A model generated the notes under the pieces. It ran no database searches. It was not told where the DNA came from and was given only the letters and a program-made list of their open reading frames with translations. A stretch of 62,378 nt of DNA, the filler included, from Gonapodya sp. JEL0774 (lineage: Eukaryota): assembly GCA_027604505.1 (NCBI GenBank). It is 29 parts of 29 records of this genome, joined end to end, with 100 filler letters (N's around TTAATTAATTAA, not from the genome) between each part and the next. Parts side by side here need not be neighbours in the genome. Positions count along the whole stretch, not along the records: positions 49,598 to 51,644 come from JADIIX010002305.1; positions 51,745 to 53,791 come from JADIIX010002306.1; positions 53,892 to 55,938 come from JADIIX010002307.1; positions 56,039 to 58,085 come from JADIIX010002308.1; positions 58,186 to 60,232 come from JADIIX010002309.1; positions 60,333 to 62,378 come from JADIIX010002310.1; 23 more parts are not named here. One strand, written 5' to 3'. The position numbers and the translations under genes are program-made. Shown in pieces: positions 50,803 through 62,378 of the stretch (position 1 is the first letter of the stretch; each line of letters begins with the position of its first letter).

Positions 50803-51644
50803 TCACACAGTGAGTGATCGAAACACGTGACTGATATTTTTAATTTTACGGGAGATAATTTTCCGCTGTTCGGGTGATCCAGCAGTAACGTCTACAAAGA
50901 TGAGTTGATTTTTTGATCGTGTGAGAGCTACATAGAGGACGTTGAACTCTTGTACCCTCTGCCAGCGTTGGCACAAACCACCGGCCTGTTCAGAACATGA
51001 TGGTCCGCGCAAGAGGTCGAAGTCGAATACGTTGAGAATAACAACACGAGCAGCCTCATCACCCTTCACGGCGTGTATAGTTGAAAGGTGAGGTATTTCT
51101 GGAGCGCCGGGTGCGATGGGGAACAATTCCCGCAATCGGGCTGCGACGTGGGAGCCATTGGGCGATGGATGATGGTGTTTTTTAACCTCTGTGAGAATCT
51201 TGGTGAGGAGACGAGATACGTTGTCAGGTTGCGCTTCAGAGAGAGTCGCTAGAGCTGCGTCAAAGTCGTGCCAAGCTGCGAGTGTATCATTGTTTGCTTG
51301 GGTATCGAAGAAATCGATGAGATGATCGTTCGACAGTGTAGCGACCTGGAGGCGAGCAGCAACGGATGACGCAGCACTGGCAAAGGAACCGCAAGTATGT
51401 GGTATTCCTGAGAATGCGAGAGCCCACGATGCCTGTTCGAGCGTGTACTTGCGTCTGGAAATGAAGAGAGTGGACTGTGGTGACGGTGCCACGAGACGAG
51501 CTAGAATTGCAGTGCCTTCGGGTGTGTCCGCATCGACAGTATTTGGCAGATAGATGACGTGTCCAGTGGGTGCATCAGGGCGGGACGACATGTGAATGTC
51601 GGAGTCGATAAAGAGCCTTGCTGCAGCCCTTGCAAGATCCACAT
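50803..51644 (-). CDS. UvrD/Rep-like SF1 helicase C-terminal region, intronless, 5' truncated
   Basis: Motif V 'LSTIHAVKGDEA.RVVIL' and motif VI 'QEFNVLYVALTRSK..LIFV'. Confidence 0.85.
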
Positions 51645-51744
51645 NNNNNNNNNNNNNNNNNNNNNNNNNNNNNNNNNNNNNNNNNNNNTTAATTAATTAA
51701 NNNNNNNNNNNNNNNNNNNNNNNNNNNNNNNNNNNNNNNNNNNN

Positions 51745-53791
51745 CCTCCTCCTGCGCCGTTTTTGTCACCTCATTGACCTTCCCCGTAAGGCCGGTGACA
51801 TTCGCGTATAAGACCCTCATACTGCCGCAACCGGCCTCACGGTGGCTGCAGCATCATCTCCTGTACTCACGGTACCTCTGTGGTGGTTCCTCGTGCTTGC
51901 TGTCGCTCCAGGTAGCGTTTGAGTGTTGAGTCCGCTCCTCACCCCGTCCACCTGTATATCTCCACCCATTCGCCTCGTCCCACCCATTATGACGTCCCCA
52001 TCATGTGAGTCTCGCTCGCTTGGTACTGGAGATCGATTTCCAGAGTGGCGCGCGGCTGCTGCTGAGTCGGTTTCCATTTCGACCCGGGCCTGCAGGTAGG
52101 GTGCGGTGATCACCCCCTTGTGTATCCTCCGACCGTTCACATCCGCCGCTGGCGCCGCGTACCACCTTCCCACGTGTCCCAGCTGTGCTGTGGGCTCCTT
52201 CATCGCCTGCCGGTACGCCTCTAATGTGGCCCTCCGTAACTCATCTGGTGCGCCGGCGAGCACCTCCTCATGCAAGTTCCGCGACGCGTTCGACCTGCAA
52301 ATTCCCGCGAGGCGTTTCGCGGTCATCTGGAGATCGAATTCGTTGGTGTTTGTAGAGTGGGGAGGCCGGGAGAAGCGGTCGTAGGTGGGGAGGACGGTGA
52401 CTCCCCCTTTAGTTAGTTGCTCCGAGACGTAGGTACGGTGCCCAATAGGAACGAACAGCTGGACCACCAGGCCTGGTACCATCGTGAACGTAGTGACTGA
52501 ATCGTCCACCTTGAAGCGTTTGAGGACCGCTCGGATGAACTTGATGCGTATGTGGTGTTCCGTGCGCAGCAGAGGTGCGTTGTCGGAAAACGCAATGAAT
52601 ACGGAGACAAACTCCGTGGGGGGGGCGGGGGTGCCTACCAGGGCGTCCACAGCACGTTTCTTGTCGGCGAGCGTGACTAGAGGACGTGCCTCGTTGGGAT
52701 TTGCGGGGTTGTACTTGACCCCCGTCCACTGCCTGCCACCTTTGGGGCGTCGTGCCCGGAGGACCTGCCAACCGTCCAGAACGTCCGCGTCAATGTGCTG
52801 AAGGTTGCCAGGGGGGTGTGGCGTTCCATTGGCGCTGTTTGGTTGAGCGTCCTGGGTGTCCCGTCCCGGCACGTTCCGACCACTAACTCCGGATCCTCCA
52901 GGAGATCCATTCGCTGCTCTCCTCTGCGCAGCCTCCTTCAGCTTCTGTGCGTGCATGCGGTCGGCGTGTGACTGGGCCGCGCGGCGTGCCATGTCCGAGT
53001 AGGAACTCGGTGGTTGCGAGGGGGCGTCGGCACGGGGTGCCCATGGTGTTCCGGTCCCGAATTGCTCCGGAACTCGCATAGGACCTTGCCACGAGTCATG
53101 TACGCGTTGTATGTATGCGCTCGTTGCATCTAGAGGGCGGGTTGGTGGTACGGGTTGGTCCGTACGGGGTTGCGCCTGCTGGGTCGGAATCGGGGGGCGA
53201 GAAGTGACCCCCTGCGCGTATTGGGCTGGGACTTGCATAGGACCTTGCCACGAGTCGTGTGCACGTTGAGCAAAGTCCGGCGGGGCATCAGGGAGCCGCG
53301 CTGGTGGTTGAGGTTGGTGGTTGGGGGCGGGAGCGGTGGCCTTCCCCCGCATCTGCGCCCGAGCCGCACGGTCTTCCTCCCGGTACTCCTCCGGCACCGA
53401 GAGCCTCGCCACCTGCTCCTTGAGCTCCTCGATCTCCTCCTCGAGCTTCCGGTTGCGGGTCCGGACTGCCATAGTCTCGATGAAGAGAGCTGCGCACGCA
53501 CGTCGAAAGTGCGCTTCATCGTAGTTCAGCCACGCTTCTTCGGCCAGAGAGAGCGATGAGGCTGGTGGTGGTGCCGTGGCGGTTGTTTGGGCGGTGTCGG
53601 CCACGGGGGGGGCAGAAACGACGGGGATGGGTGCGGTCGACGGAGGTGCGGAACTCCCAACCGGGGGGACGATTGCTAAGACTGGGGGGGAATCGGGCCG
53701 AGTAACCTGATTCTCATTCACACCGGCAGTGTCATCACTCACTCGCGGGGGGGAACCATGCGCAACGGTATTCCCCCCTAAAGGGGCTTCG
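51745..53791 (-). mobile_element. Non-LTR (LINE-like) retrotransposon 5' part: ORF1 (~53742-51817) and start of the ORF2 AP-endonuclease (from 51820)
   Basis: 641-aa intronless ORF with a coiled coil, followed directly by MRVLYANVTGLTGK.., the APE 'N..GL' N-terminal motif. Confidence 0.75.
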
Positions 53792-54413
53792 NNNNNNNNN
53801 NNNNNNNNNNNNNNNNNNNNNNNNNNNNNNNNNNNTTAATTAATTAANNNNNNNNNNNNNNNNNNNNNNNNNNNNNNNNNNNNNNNNNNNNAGTGTAGCG
53901 GATCGGAGATGTGTAGGCAGAAACAGTGTGGGATGCGCTGGGATGACGAGAGCGAGGGGAAGAGACTGGAACTGAACGAGAGAGGGACGAAAGTCGGTAA
54001 TAGATGAGAGTGATCCAGGGCGGTCGAGCGCGACAGCGCGTGTTGAATGCGGGAGGGGATGGGTCAGATTGGACGTTTTCGACTTTCGTGATCGAAATCG
54101 AACGACAGAACATGACGTGATTCCACACAACGGTTCCTCTCGTCGGCCGAAGATGAGAACTGAAGGACAAAGATTAGTACAGCTTACTCAAACTGTTACT
54201 TTAACCGCAAATAGATACTACAGAAAAGGTTCTCTCGAATTGTAGAAATAACGCTACTAAATCACATCACACAAAACTGAACGTAAGAAAAGAACAGCTT
54301 GAAAAGAAAAAACTCTCCCAATAACCCTGCCATTTCCTCGTTCCCACCTCTCCCGCTGCCTCAATTTTCACCTCACTTGCCCCGTTCCTGCCCGCCCTCC
54401 TGCGCCAAGCACC

Positions 54414-55938
54414 TCAGTCTCTGTTCCCATCCTCCCACTCCCCACTCCTTGTTCCCTCCCCTCCACCTCCGCCAAACCTCCCCGCCATATCACCTCCTCC
54501 CAAACCATACCCACTGCCCCTTGATTCCACTCCTTGTGCAGGCCACGTTCCTGACGCTGGTGAATGTTGTGGCGGGCCAGCGACGTTGCCGTAGTACTGG
54601 GAGCATAGAAGTGGTGCAGTGGGGACGGGGCGGAAGGGGTTGGAGGGGGGATGTGCAGGACCGAGGTTGAGGCGGGAGTCGTAGCGGTGTGTGAAAGACG
54701 GTGGATTGAGGGGGAGTTGGGACGGGACAGGTTGGACGCATGCCATTGGGAACGCGCCAGAGGCACTGGTACGGGTGTTCAGTCCCTAGAGAAGGAGTGC
54801 GAAGTGCATTGGGGGTTAATGATCAATGCGGTAGAGATTATTGACAAACAGTGTGGAGATGGAAATAACTTGCACTCACCGATCCCCACCCGTCCACAAA
54901 CTCCAAGTTCACAAAAACTGCATCCCCCACTGTGATGTTCAATTCATCAGTGTCCTGTGCTTCAAAGACAGCAATGGCATACATGAGCCGCTGCACTGTG
55001 AGGGGTTGCCTGGGTTCTCGAGTGGAAAGTGTGTGGGGGATTGTTCCGAGTTGGGTCCGGAGATTTCCAACTTCACGCTCCAAAGCCGCATTTGTCATCA
55101 AAAGTTTACGGTTCTCTGTGGAAAGGGCACGATTTTCTGCAGAGAGGGTACGGTTCTCGGTGGAGAGGGTGCGGTTCTCTGTGGAGAGGGTGCGGACTTC
55201 TGTCTGGAGGTCCTGATTGGCTGCTTCCAGGTCTGTGATCCTTGCATGATTGTCTGCATTCTGTCGCTCCACCTCCTCTGCCTTATTCTCAGATGCAGCT
55301 GTCCGTAGAGAGAGCTCCTCATTTCGCTCCTTGAGTTCATCCACTTCAGCCTGCAGCTCCTGATTCATCCTATCCTTGTCTGCGAGGAGGGAGACAAGGG
55401 CTTCAGTAGATTGAGATGGTGCAGACGCAGATGTAGCAGGAGGAGAAGGTTGGGAGCGGGCAGGGACTGGAGTGGGAGGGTGGGATTGATGGTCTTGGAG
55501 TATCTGCAGAAAACGTCCATCTGGCTGTTTGTGAGCGGCATCCAGTTCTCTCTGGGTGACCACAGCCTCGTGAGAGAGTAGGAGGCGGACGATGCGGAGG
55601 GAAGGGCGAAGAGTGAAGGGAGAGATGTAGGCGTCCTTAGAATCCCTGGGATCTCTCAACTGGACGTTTCCCCCCTTGAGACTGATTCGGAGTGTGTTGT
55701 CAGAGTATGGTAAATCGTATGTTCTGCCGTCCCAAAATGCACACTCCCCCCCCTTCGCCACCGCCAGTGTCAGGGCAGAAGGGAACAAACACGTCCACCT
55801 CCAACGCTTCCTGTTCCACTTGTCCGCAGTCCACGATGACCAGTAGTATGCGACTTTCCATTCACACCCCCCGTTCGCATCGGCGCCTCCTTCGAGCAAC
55901 GCCTCGACAACGTCCTCATTCGCATGAAGAATCCCCAA
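54414..55938 (-). CDS. Ankyrin(Trp-insert) / coiled-coil / SH3 protein, 5' truncated
   Basis: GILHANEDVVEALLEGGADANGGCEWK..W...W.RKRWRWTCLFPSALTLA; a coiled coil with LSTENRT heptad repeats; SH3 'MYAIAVFEAQDTDELNITVGDAVFVNLEFVDGWGS|GLNTRTSASGAFPMAC'. Confidence 0.88.
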
Positions 55939-56038
55939 NNNNNNNNNNNNNNNNNNNNNNNNNNNNNNNNNNNNNNNNNNNNTTAATTAATTAANNNNNN
56001 NNNNNNNNNNNNNNNNNNNNNNNNNNNNNNNNNNNNNN

Positions 56039-57770
56039 AGAGAGATAGGAATGGGAAGTAGGATCTGACAGGCCCTGTACTTCAATGGGCTTGTGATGAA
56101 GCAGTGCATAGAAATGTTTGAGACTGATTCCTAATAAAGTATGGGACATAAAAAATTCTGTGAGCCAACAACTTCTGCTTTACAAAATGGGGGACTCACC
56201 AGTAACAAACTCAGAAAGTACATAGTACTTTGAATGCTTCTCCATGACCCCATATACTCGAAGAAATGCAGGATGACAACCAACCATTGAACTGCCAGCT
56301 TCTGGTACAACCAAGCTTGGTTTGACTGGTTTTGCAGCGACTCTCAAGTAGTTCACATCTACAGTCCCTTCTGACCAGCCCCCCTTACCAAGAACTGGGT
56401 CCACACCAACATGATCAGAAGGGAGTTCACTTGAAGAATCTTCAGCTCCAAGAAGTACTCCGTATTCAGTTCCAGGTTGCGATTTCTGCTTTCGAATACG
56501 AAGAACTTCGTGCGAGCTGATTCTCCTATAAATCTCAAGGCAATTAGTGGCTTCCTTGCATCTCAACCTCTCCCAGAGCTCCACTTACTGCTCAACTCGT
56601 GACTTACTGACTTCCAACAACTGTTTCTGCAACTTTTCAACAGTTGCTTTTGTAGACTGGAGCTCATGGAGCAGTTCTTGCAATCTTGTATCCTTCTCTG
56701 TCACAATAGCAGAAGTAGAATGAAGTTGTCTTTCCAGGTTTCGCCTTGTCTGAACATGAGCCTTCTCCTCCACATCCAACTTTGCCAATGCAGACGACAG
56801 ATAACTCCGGGCCTCATCCAATTGCTCCTGCAACTTCCCCTCACGAACTGTGGTTTTTTCAAGTGATGAGGTGAGTGTGGCAAGCTGGGCTTTCTGGCTT
56901 TCAACAAGTTGTGTCGAGAGTCTCTCCCGTTCACTTGCATTCTGTAGTTGAGAGTGACTGTCGTGACAAGTGTTCTCCAGAGCCGTGTTTTGTAATTCCA
57001 AGCGCTTGATCTCTGCCTGTAGTTCAGCAATCTTTTGATCAGGGGATGGGAATGCTAGAGGCTGTGGAAAATTGTATGTGACTAATTTTGCTGTAAGCTC
57101 AGATGTGAGTAACACATACCATAGAATCCATTCTGCCACCTATATTTAGAGATGCCAGCAACAGAGGACTGATACTTTCTGCCTGAAAAGACAAGATCCC
57201 CGAATTGCTAGAAGTTGCAGAAGAAGGAGCCCAAGTTGTTGGTGAATAGCTTGATCCAAGTGGTAAATTTGATGAGGGGGAGATTGATGTACTTCCGGGA
57301 GTAGGGGGTGATGCTGCCCAGATGGAGGGGGATATTGGCAGTGAAAACGAAATAGGGGGATGGTTGCCGGGTTGAGTCGCGAAGAAGGGTTGTAGTTGGC
57401 CGATTTCTGGTAATTCTGGCGAGTGAGCTAAGGGCTCTGATAGCATACTTTGAGTCCCAGGTGACAGTGGCGCATTGCCACCAGGCTGAGGAGGGCAAGT
57501 CTTCCGGTGCGAAAAGAAGTTGTTCTTGCCCCCCGCAGTGAACCATTGACCACAGTGCTGACATCTTTCATTGTTTCATTTTGAATGATGAAGATGATTC
57601 GTTTCAGTAAAGAAACCAAGTTTGAGAGCACGATTGCAGCAAAGACTCACTGTCTTCGAATCCTTTTTGCAGTACCACACTTTCCGCAAACCATCCCGCT
57701 CTCTTTCGCTATCCTGGCAGAGACTTTATGATGACAGCTCACACATTGAAAGTGCGTGTCCATTTTCTCG
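56039..57770 (-). CDS. Multi-exon protein with a coiled coil and a divergent kinase-like N-lobe; possibly a pseudogene
   Basis: Heptad ORF 56585-57139, then 'VLGKGGWS...VAAK...HPAFLRVYGV...YYVLSEFVT', resembling kinase subdomains I-V. Confidence 0.55.
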
Positions 57771-58185
57771 AGTGTGTCTGCCGGTGGTGGTGAAGCAATA
57801 CGAACTGCTAACGAATTGACCACAGCAAAGCACAGAAGCACGCGGAAGCACGCGTGCTTCTGTGCTTCGAGTCCGAAAATTAAAGGTCCAGTGCATCTTA
57901 CAGCTCCACTAACGAGACATGAACTGATCAGCAGAATTTCAATATGGTATATAAGAGTTGCACGCGAGTTATCATTAATATGAGTGACATCTGGAACACC
58001 TGACCCTCTACTATCTCCGCTCCCCTCCTAATAGTATCAATGATTTATTAAAGTAGTTGTTATCTACGGTTCTGGCGGCAAGTACNNNNNNNNNNNNNNN
58101 NNNNNNNNNNNNNNNNNNNNNNNNNNNNNTTAATTAATTAANNNNNNNNNNNNNNNNNNNNNNNNNNNNNNNNNNNNNNNNNNNN

Positions 58186-58374
58186 TTTTGCGTGGAGCCC
58201 TGGGACGAGCTCCCTGACTCGCTGAAGATCGTCCAGTCCCTGCTGCCAGATGTGCCGGTAAAAAGTGAGCGCATGCTTTTTCGCAGCCTTTCCCACCCCA
58301 GCACTCTGAAAGCTTTCGATCAGCAGCTCCTCATCGAGTATACTCTTTGGGCTGAGCTGTCGTCGGGGTGGCAT
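58186..58374 (-). CDS. 5' end of a gene, possibly an RlmN-like radical SAM enzyme
   Basis: MPPRRQLSPKSILDEELLIESF...KHALTFYRHIWQ loosely resembles RlmN-family N-termini; no catalytic motif is in view. Confidence 0.3.
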
Positions 58375-58732
58375 TCTTCGTGGGCGGGTTTTGTGGAAAG
58401 AAATAAGAGTGGGCGAGCGACCATATCATCGACATGCATCACAGCTCACCCCAAGCGTAAATCCAGCCTGCACCGTGCGCACTTTCAAAGCTGGCACGGA
58501 CAGGTCAGGTTCCAAGGTGTGATTATGTTTGACGAATAGTGGGAAATCAGAGGACAGTAAAATTGTGTAAAGGCGCGGGCAATAGAGAAGCGCTGGTTGC
58601 AGCAATAGTGCTTTCATCGGAATAAATTGTGGTTTTATGTGCGCATGATAAACAATCATGCGCAACGTCCAGCCAACTGTACTAGTTCAAAAATGTTACC
58701 AACTGCGTCACCTGCATCTACAACAGAAAAGT

Positions 58733-60232
58733 TCAAAGCATGGCGCCTACGCTCGCGAAAATTGCAATCAACAAAAGGTATTGTTGGGTAAAGGAGTTGG
58801 TTTCAGACGCTACGTGCTTAACTAAGACAAACGAAATTGAACCCGTGGAGTTCCACGCACTCACGAGGACCCGCCGGCAGCAAGTTAGGCAGCATCTGTA
58901 TCCCACACTAACCCCACAAGGTGCCACGACACCGTCCATGACACTCACGGCATCCTGCACGGCCAGTACAAACGTGATGTCATCTTCGACGCACACAACC
59001 TTGTGCGTGACCCAGTCCTGCTGCTGACACGCTTGGCTGCAGTACCGCGCCAGCTTGCATTTGCCGCACTGGCTCAGTCTGGGTGGTTGGTCCCACGGGC
59101 GCGGGGTGATGTGCTTGGGTATGTCGATGTCGACGAGCATCTGTTCGGCATCATCGTCGCCACCCGGGTTTATCTTTTCTTTACGCAGTTGGAACAGGTA
59201 CGAACGCTCAGAGCTGACTTTGTTTGGCCGACGGGACATCCCATGCGGCAGCACACGAGGGAAAACCATTTAGCGTCCCGTCCACCGCGCGTGCGGAATT
59301 CGAGTTGGGACCAGGTGAGGAAGTGGTAGAGTTCTTGGGCGAGTTCGTCGGAGGAGGCAGGAGGCGGGGACTCCCCCGAGCGGCGGCTTTTCAGACGAGT
59401 GTTGTAGGGTGAGATGATATTGCGGCGGTGATAGCGTCCCAGGCTGCTGGTCCAGATGACAGGCCCTCGCGGAGAACGCTGAAGCAGGTTGCTAGGAGGT
59501 GGTCTACGTCGCTCAGGGGCGCATGGCAGCGATTCCGTCCGGTGTGTCTAGCGCCACAGCAAGGTTAAGCACTGTCTTCAAGAAAGGAGAGTCTCGCGAA
59601 AAGATCCGGGCAGTGAGGTCCGCATTGTGGTTGAAGAGGTCCCTCGAGAAACCGAGGATCATCATGGCACTGCAAGAAAATAGGCACGGGGGTGGGACTG
59701 CGGGTCGATTACCTTCCCAGACAGCCCGTTCTCTAGGAAATCGAGGTGCTGAAAGCAGCTGTTGAGCAAGCATGGCGACATGCCCATGTTCAGTGATTTG
59801 GCGCCGTTGATGGAGGGAAGGGGAATTTCCGTTGATGCCTCCATGGCTAGGACACCCCGACGAAAGGCGGATCGTGCCCAGCATCATCAAACATTGAGTG
59901 CTTGGGCATTTGGTGGTGTGTTGGAGCAACGTGACGATCTGAGCGCCTTTGAGCTTCGGAAGGCGCTGCGCAAATATAGGAACAGTACGAGGACTGTTTT
60001 GCGCATTGAACATCTCCATTTTGGTTGCCTGACGAGAAGGAGGAAGATGCTGGAGTCTTTGAGAACTGATATCGGGTAGAGTGGTAACGAGTCACAGGGC
60101 AACAAAAGAGCGATTCTAAGATGGGATATCTTGTAGGAGAACACACTTGAGAAGACAGAAAACAAGAGAAATCACGTGGAACGCGCGAGAAGAGCGCCGG
60201 TGCCAATGGGAAAGATGGGAAGGTGAAGGTGC
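58733..60232 (-). CDS. MYND zinc-finger protein, boundaries uncertain, apparent frameshift near 59230
   Basis: 'SQCGKCKLARYCSQACQQQDWVTHKVVC'. Confidence 0.75.
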
Positions 60233-60332
60233 NNNNNNNNNNNNNNNNNNNNNNNNNNNNNNNNNNNNNNNNNNNNTTAATTAATTAANNNNNNNNNNNN
60301 NNNNNNNNNNNNNNNNNNNNNNNNNNNNNNNN

Positions 60333-60693
60333 TCCCGGAATTCAACCAAAGGACGAACCTTTTCCGGGCTCCGGGCGCTTTCTTCCACCTGCCGAATGAT
60401 AGCCCTGCATGATTGGATTACACGTGACCAAAGGGGAGTCAAATCCAGGTCGTCTTCAATTCTGAGAAAGACTCTATGATCAGAAGACGGATTGCTGTTG
60501 TCACCTGGTGTAATTATTCCTCCAATCCTTCTCCTTCAGGATCTTTTCGGCTTCAGCAGGCGCAATCGCGCCAATGGCTGCAGCCCACGCGCCCTTGTTG
60601 CCGAATGTAGATCCCCGCTCTCCTGGTTTCTTCGGGTCTGGAGGGAATACGAGGCCTTCCTCGGGGGCTTTAATTCTGGGTGCCTTGGACATA
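60333..60693 (-). CDS. 5' exons of an uncharacterised protein
   Basis: MSKAPRIKAPEEGLVFPPDPKKPGERGST..GAWAAAI..EKDWRNNYT followed by a GT donor. Confidence 0.5.
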
Positions 60694-60891
60694 GATGGTC
60701 GCGAACGATGGAGGATGGAAATGATATGTAGATCGGGGAGACTGAATGGGCAAGTAATATACAAATCGTACAAGTGAACGAGTTTGGGGCCGTGCCACAC
60801 TCAGGTTCGGAACGGGAGAAACCAAACTTTCAAGGTGTGTACATGCACCAAAAACGTCATCTTTTTCTTTCGCACTTCAAAATAAAGATCA

Positions 60892-62378
<1,487 letters not shown>

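Noticed and set aside
2068..60332. Regularly spaced identical TTAATTAATTAA elements as a biological repeat or CRISPR-like array
   Set aside because: They are flanked by fixed N runs and separate size-sorted contigs, so they are an artificial linker.

Overview
This window is not one continuous locus. It is 29 unrelated fragments of about 2.05 kb, in decreasing length order (2067 to 2046 bp), joined by an artificial linker (N44-TTAATTAATTAA-N44), so adjacency across linkers is meaningless. The DNA is eukaryotic, with many short GT..AG introns, and looks fungal; an early-diverging chytrid-like lineage is my inference. Recognisable genes are RPN10, URA2 (with a pseudo-DHOase start), UBC12, a DSBA/FrnE-like oxidoreductase, a P4-ATPase flippase, a CenH3 histone, 2-isopropylmalate synthase, a 7TM receptor-like protein, and WD40 and MYND proteins. 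Mobile DNA includes Ty3/Gypsy, nested Ty1/Copia, two DIRS-type elements with an adenine-methyltransferase domain, a LINE, PIF/Harbinger, hAT-like ends and a 165-bp tandem array. Most notable: (i) a highly expanded ankyrin / coiled-coil / SH3 family with Trp-rich insertions, seen in three fragments and including a fold-back pseudogene; (ii) a divergent CenH3 lying right behind an intronless prokaryote-like UvrD helicase; (iii) an intron-containing but actinobacterial-looking LeuA; (iv) a BACK/NPH3-like helical repeat family; (v) CpG depletion confined to old repeats. All similarities were judged by eye; no searches were run.
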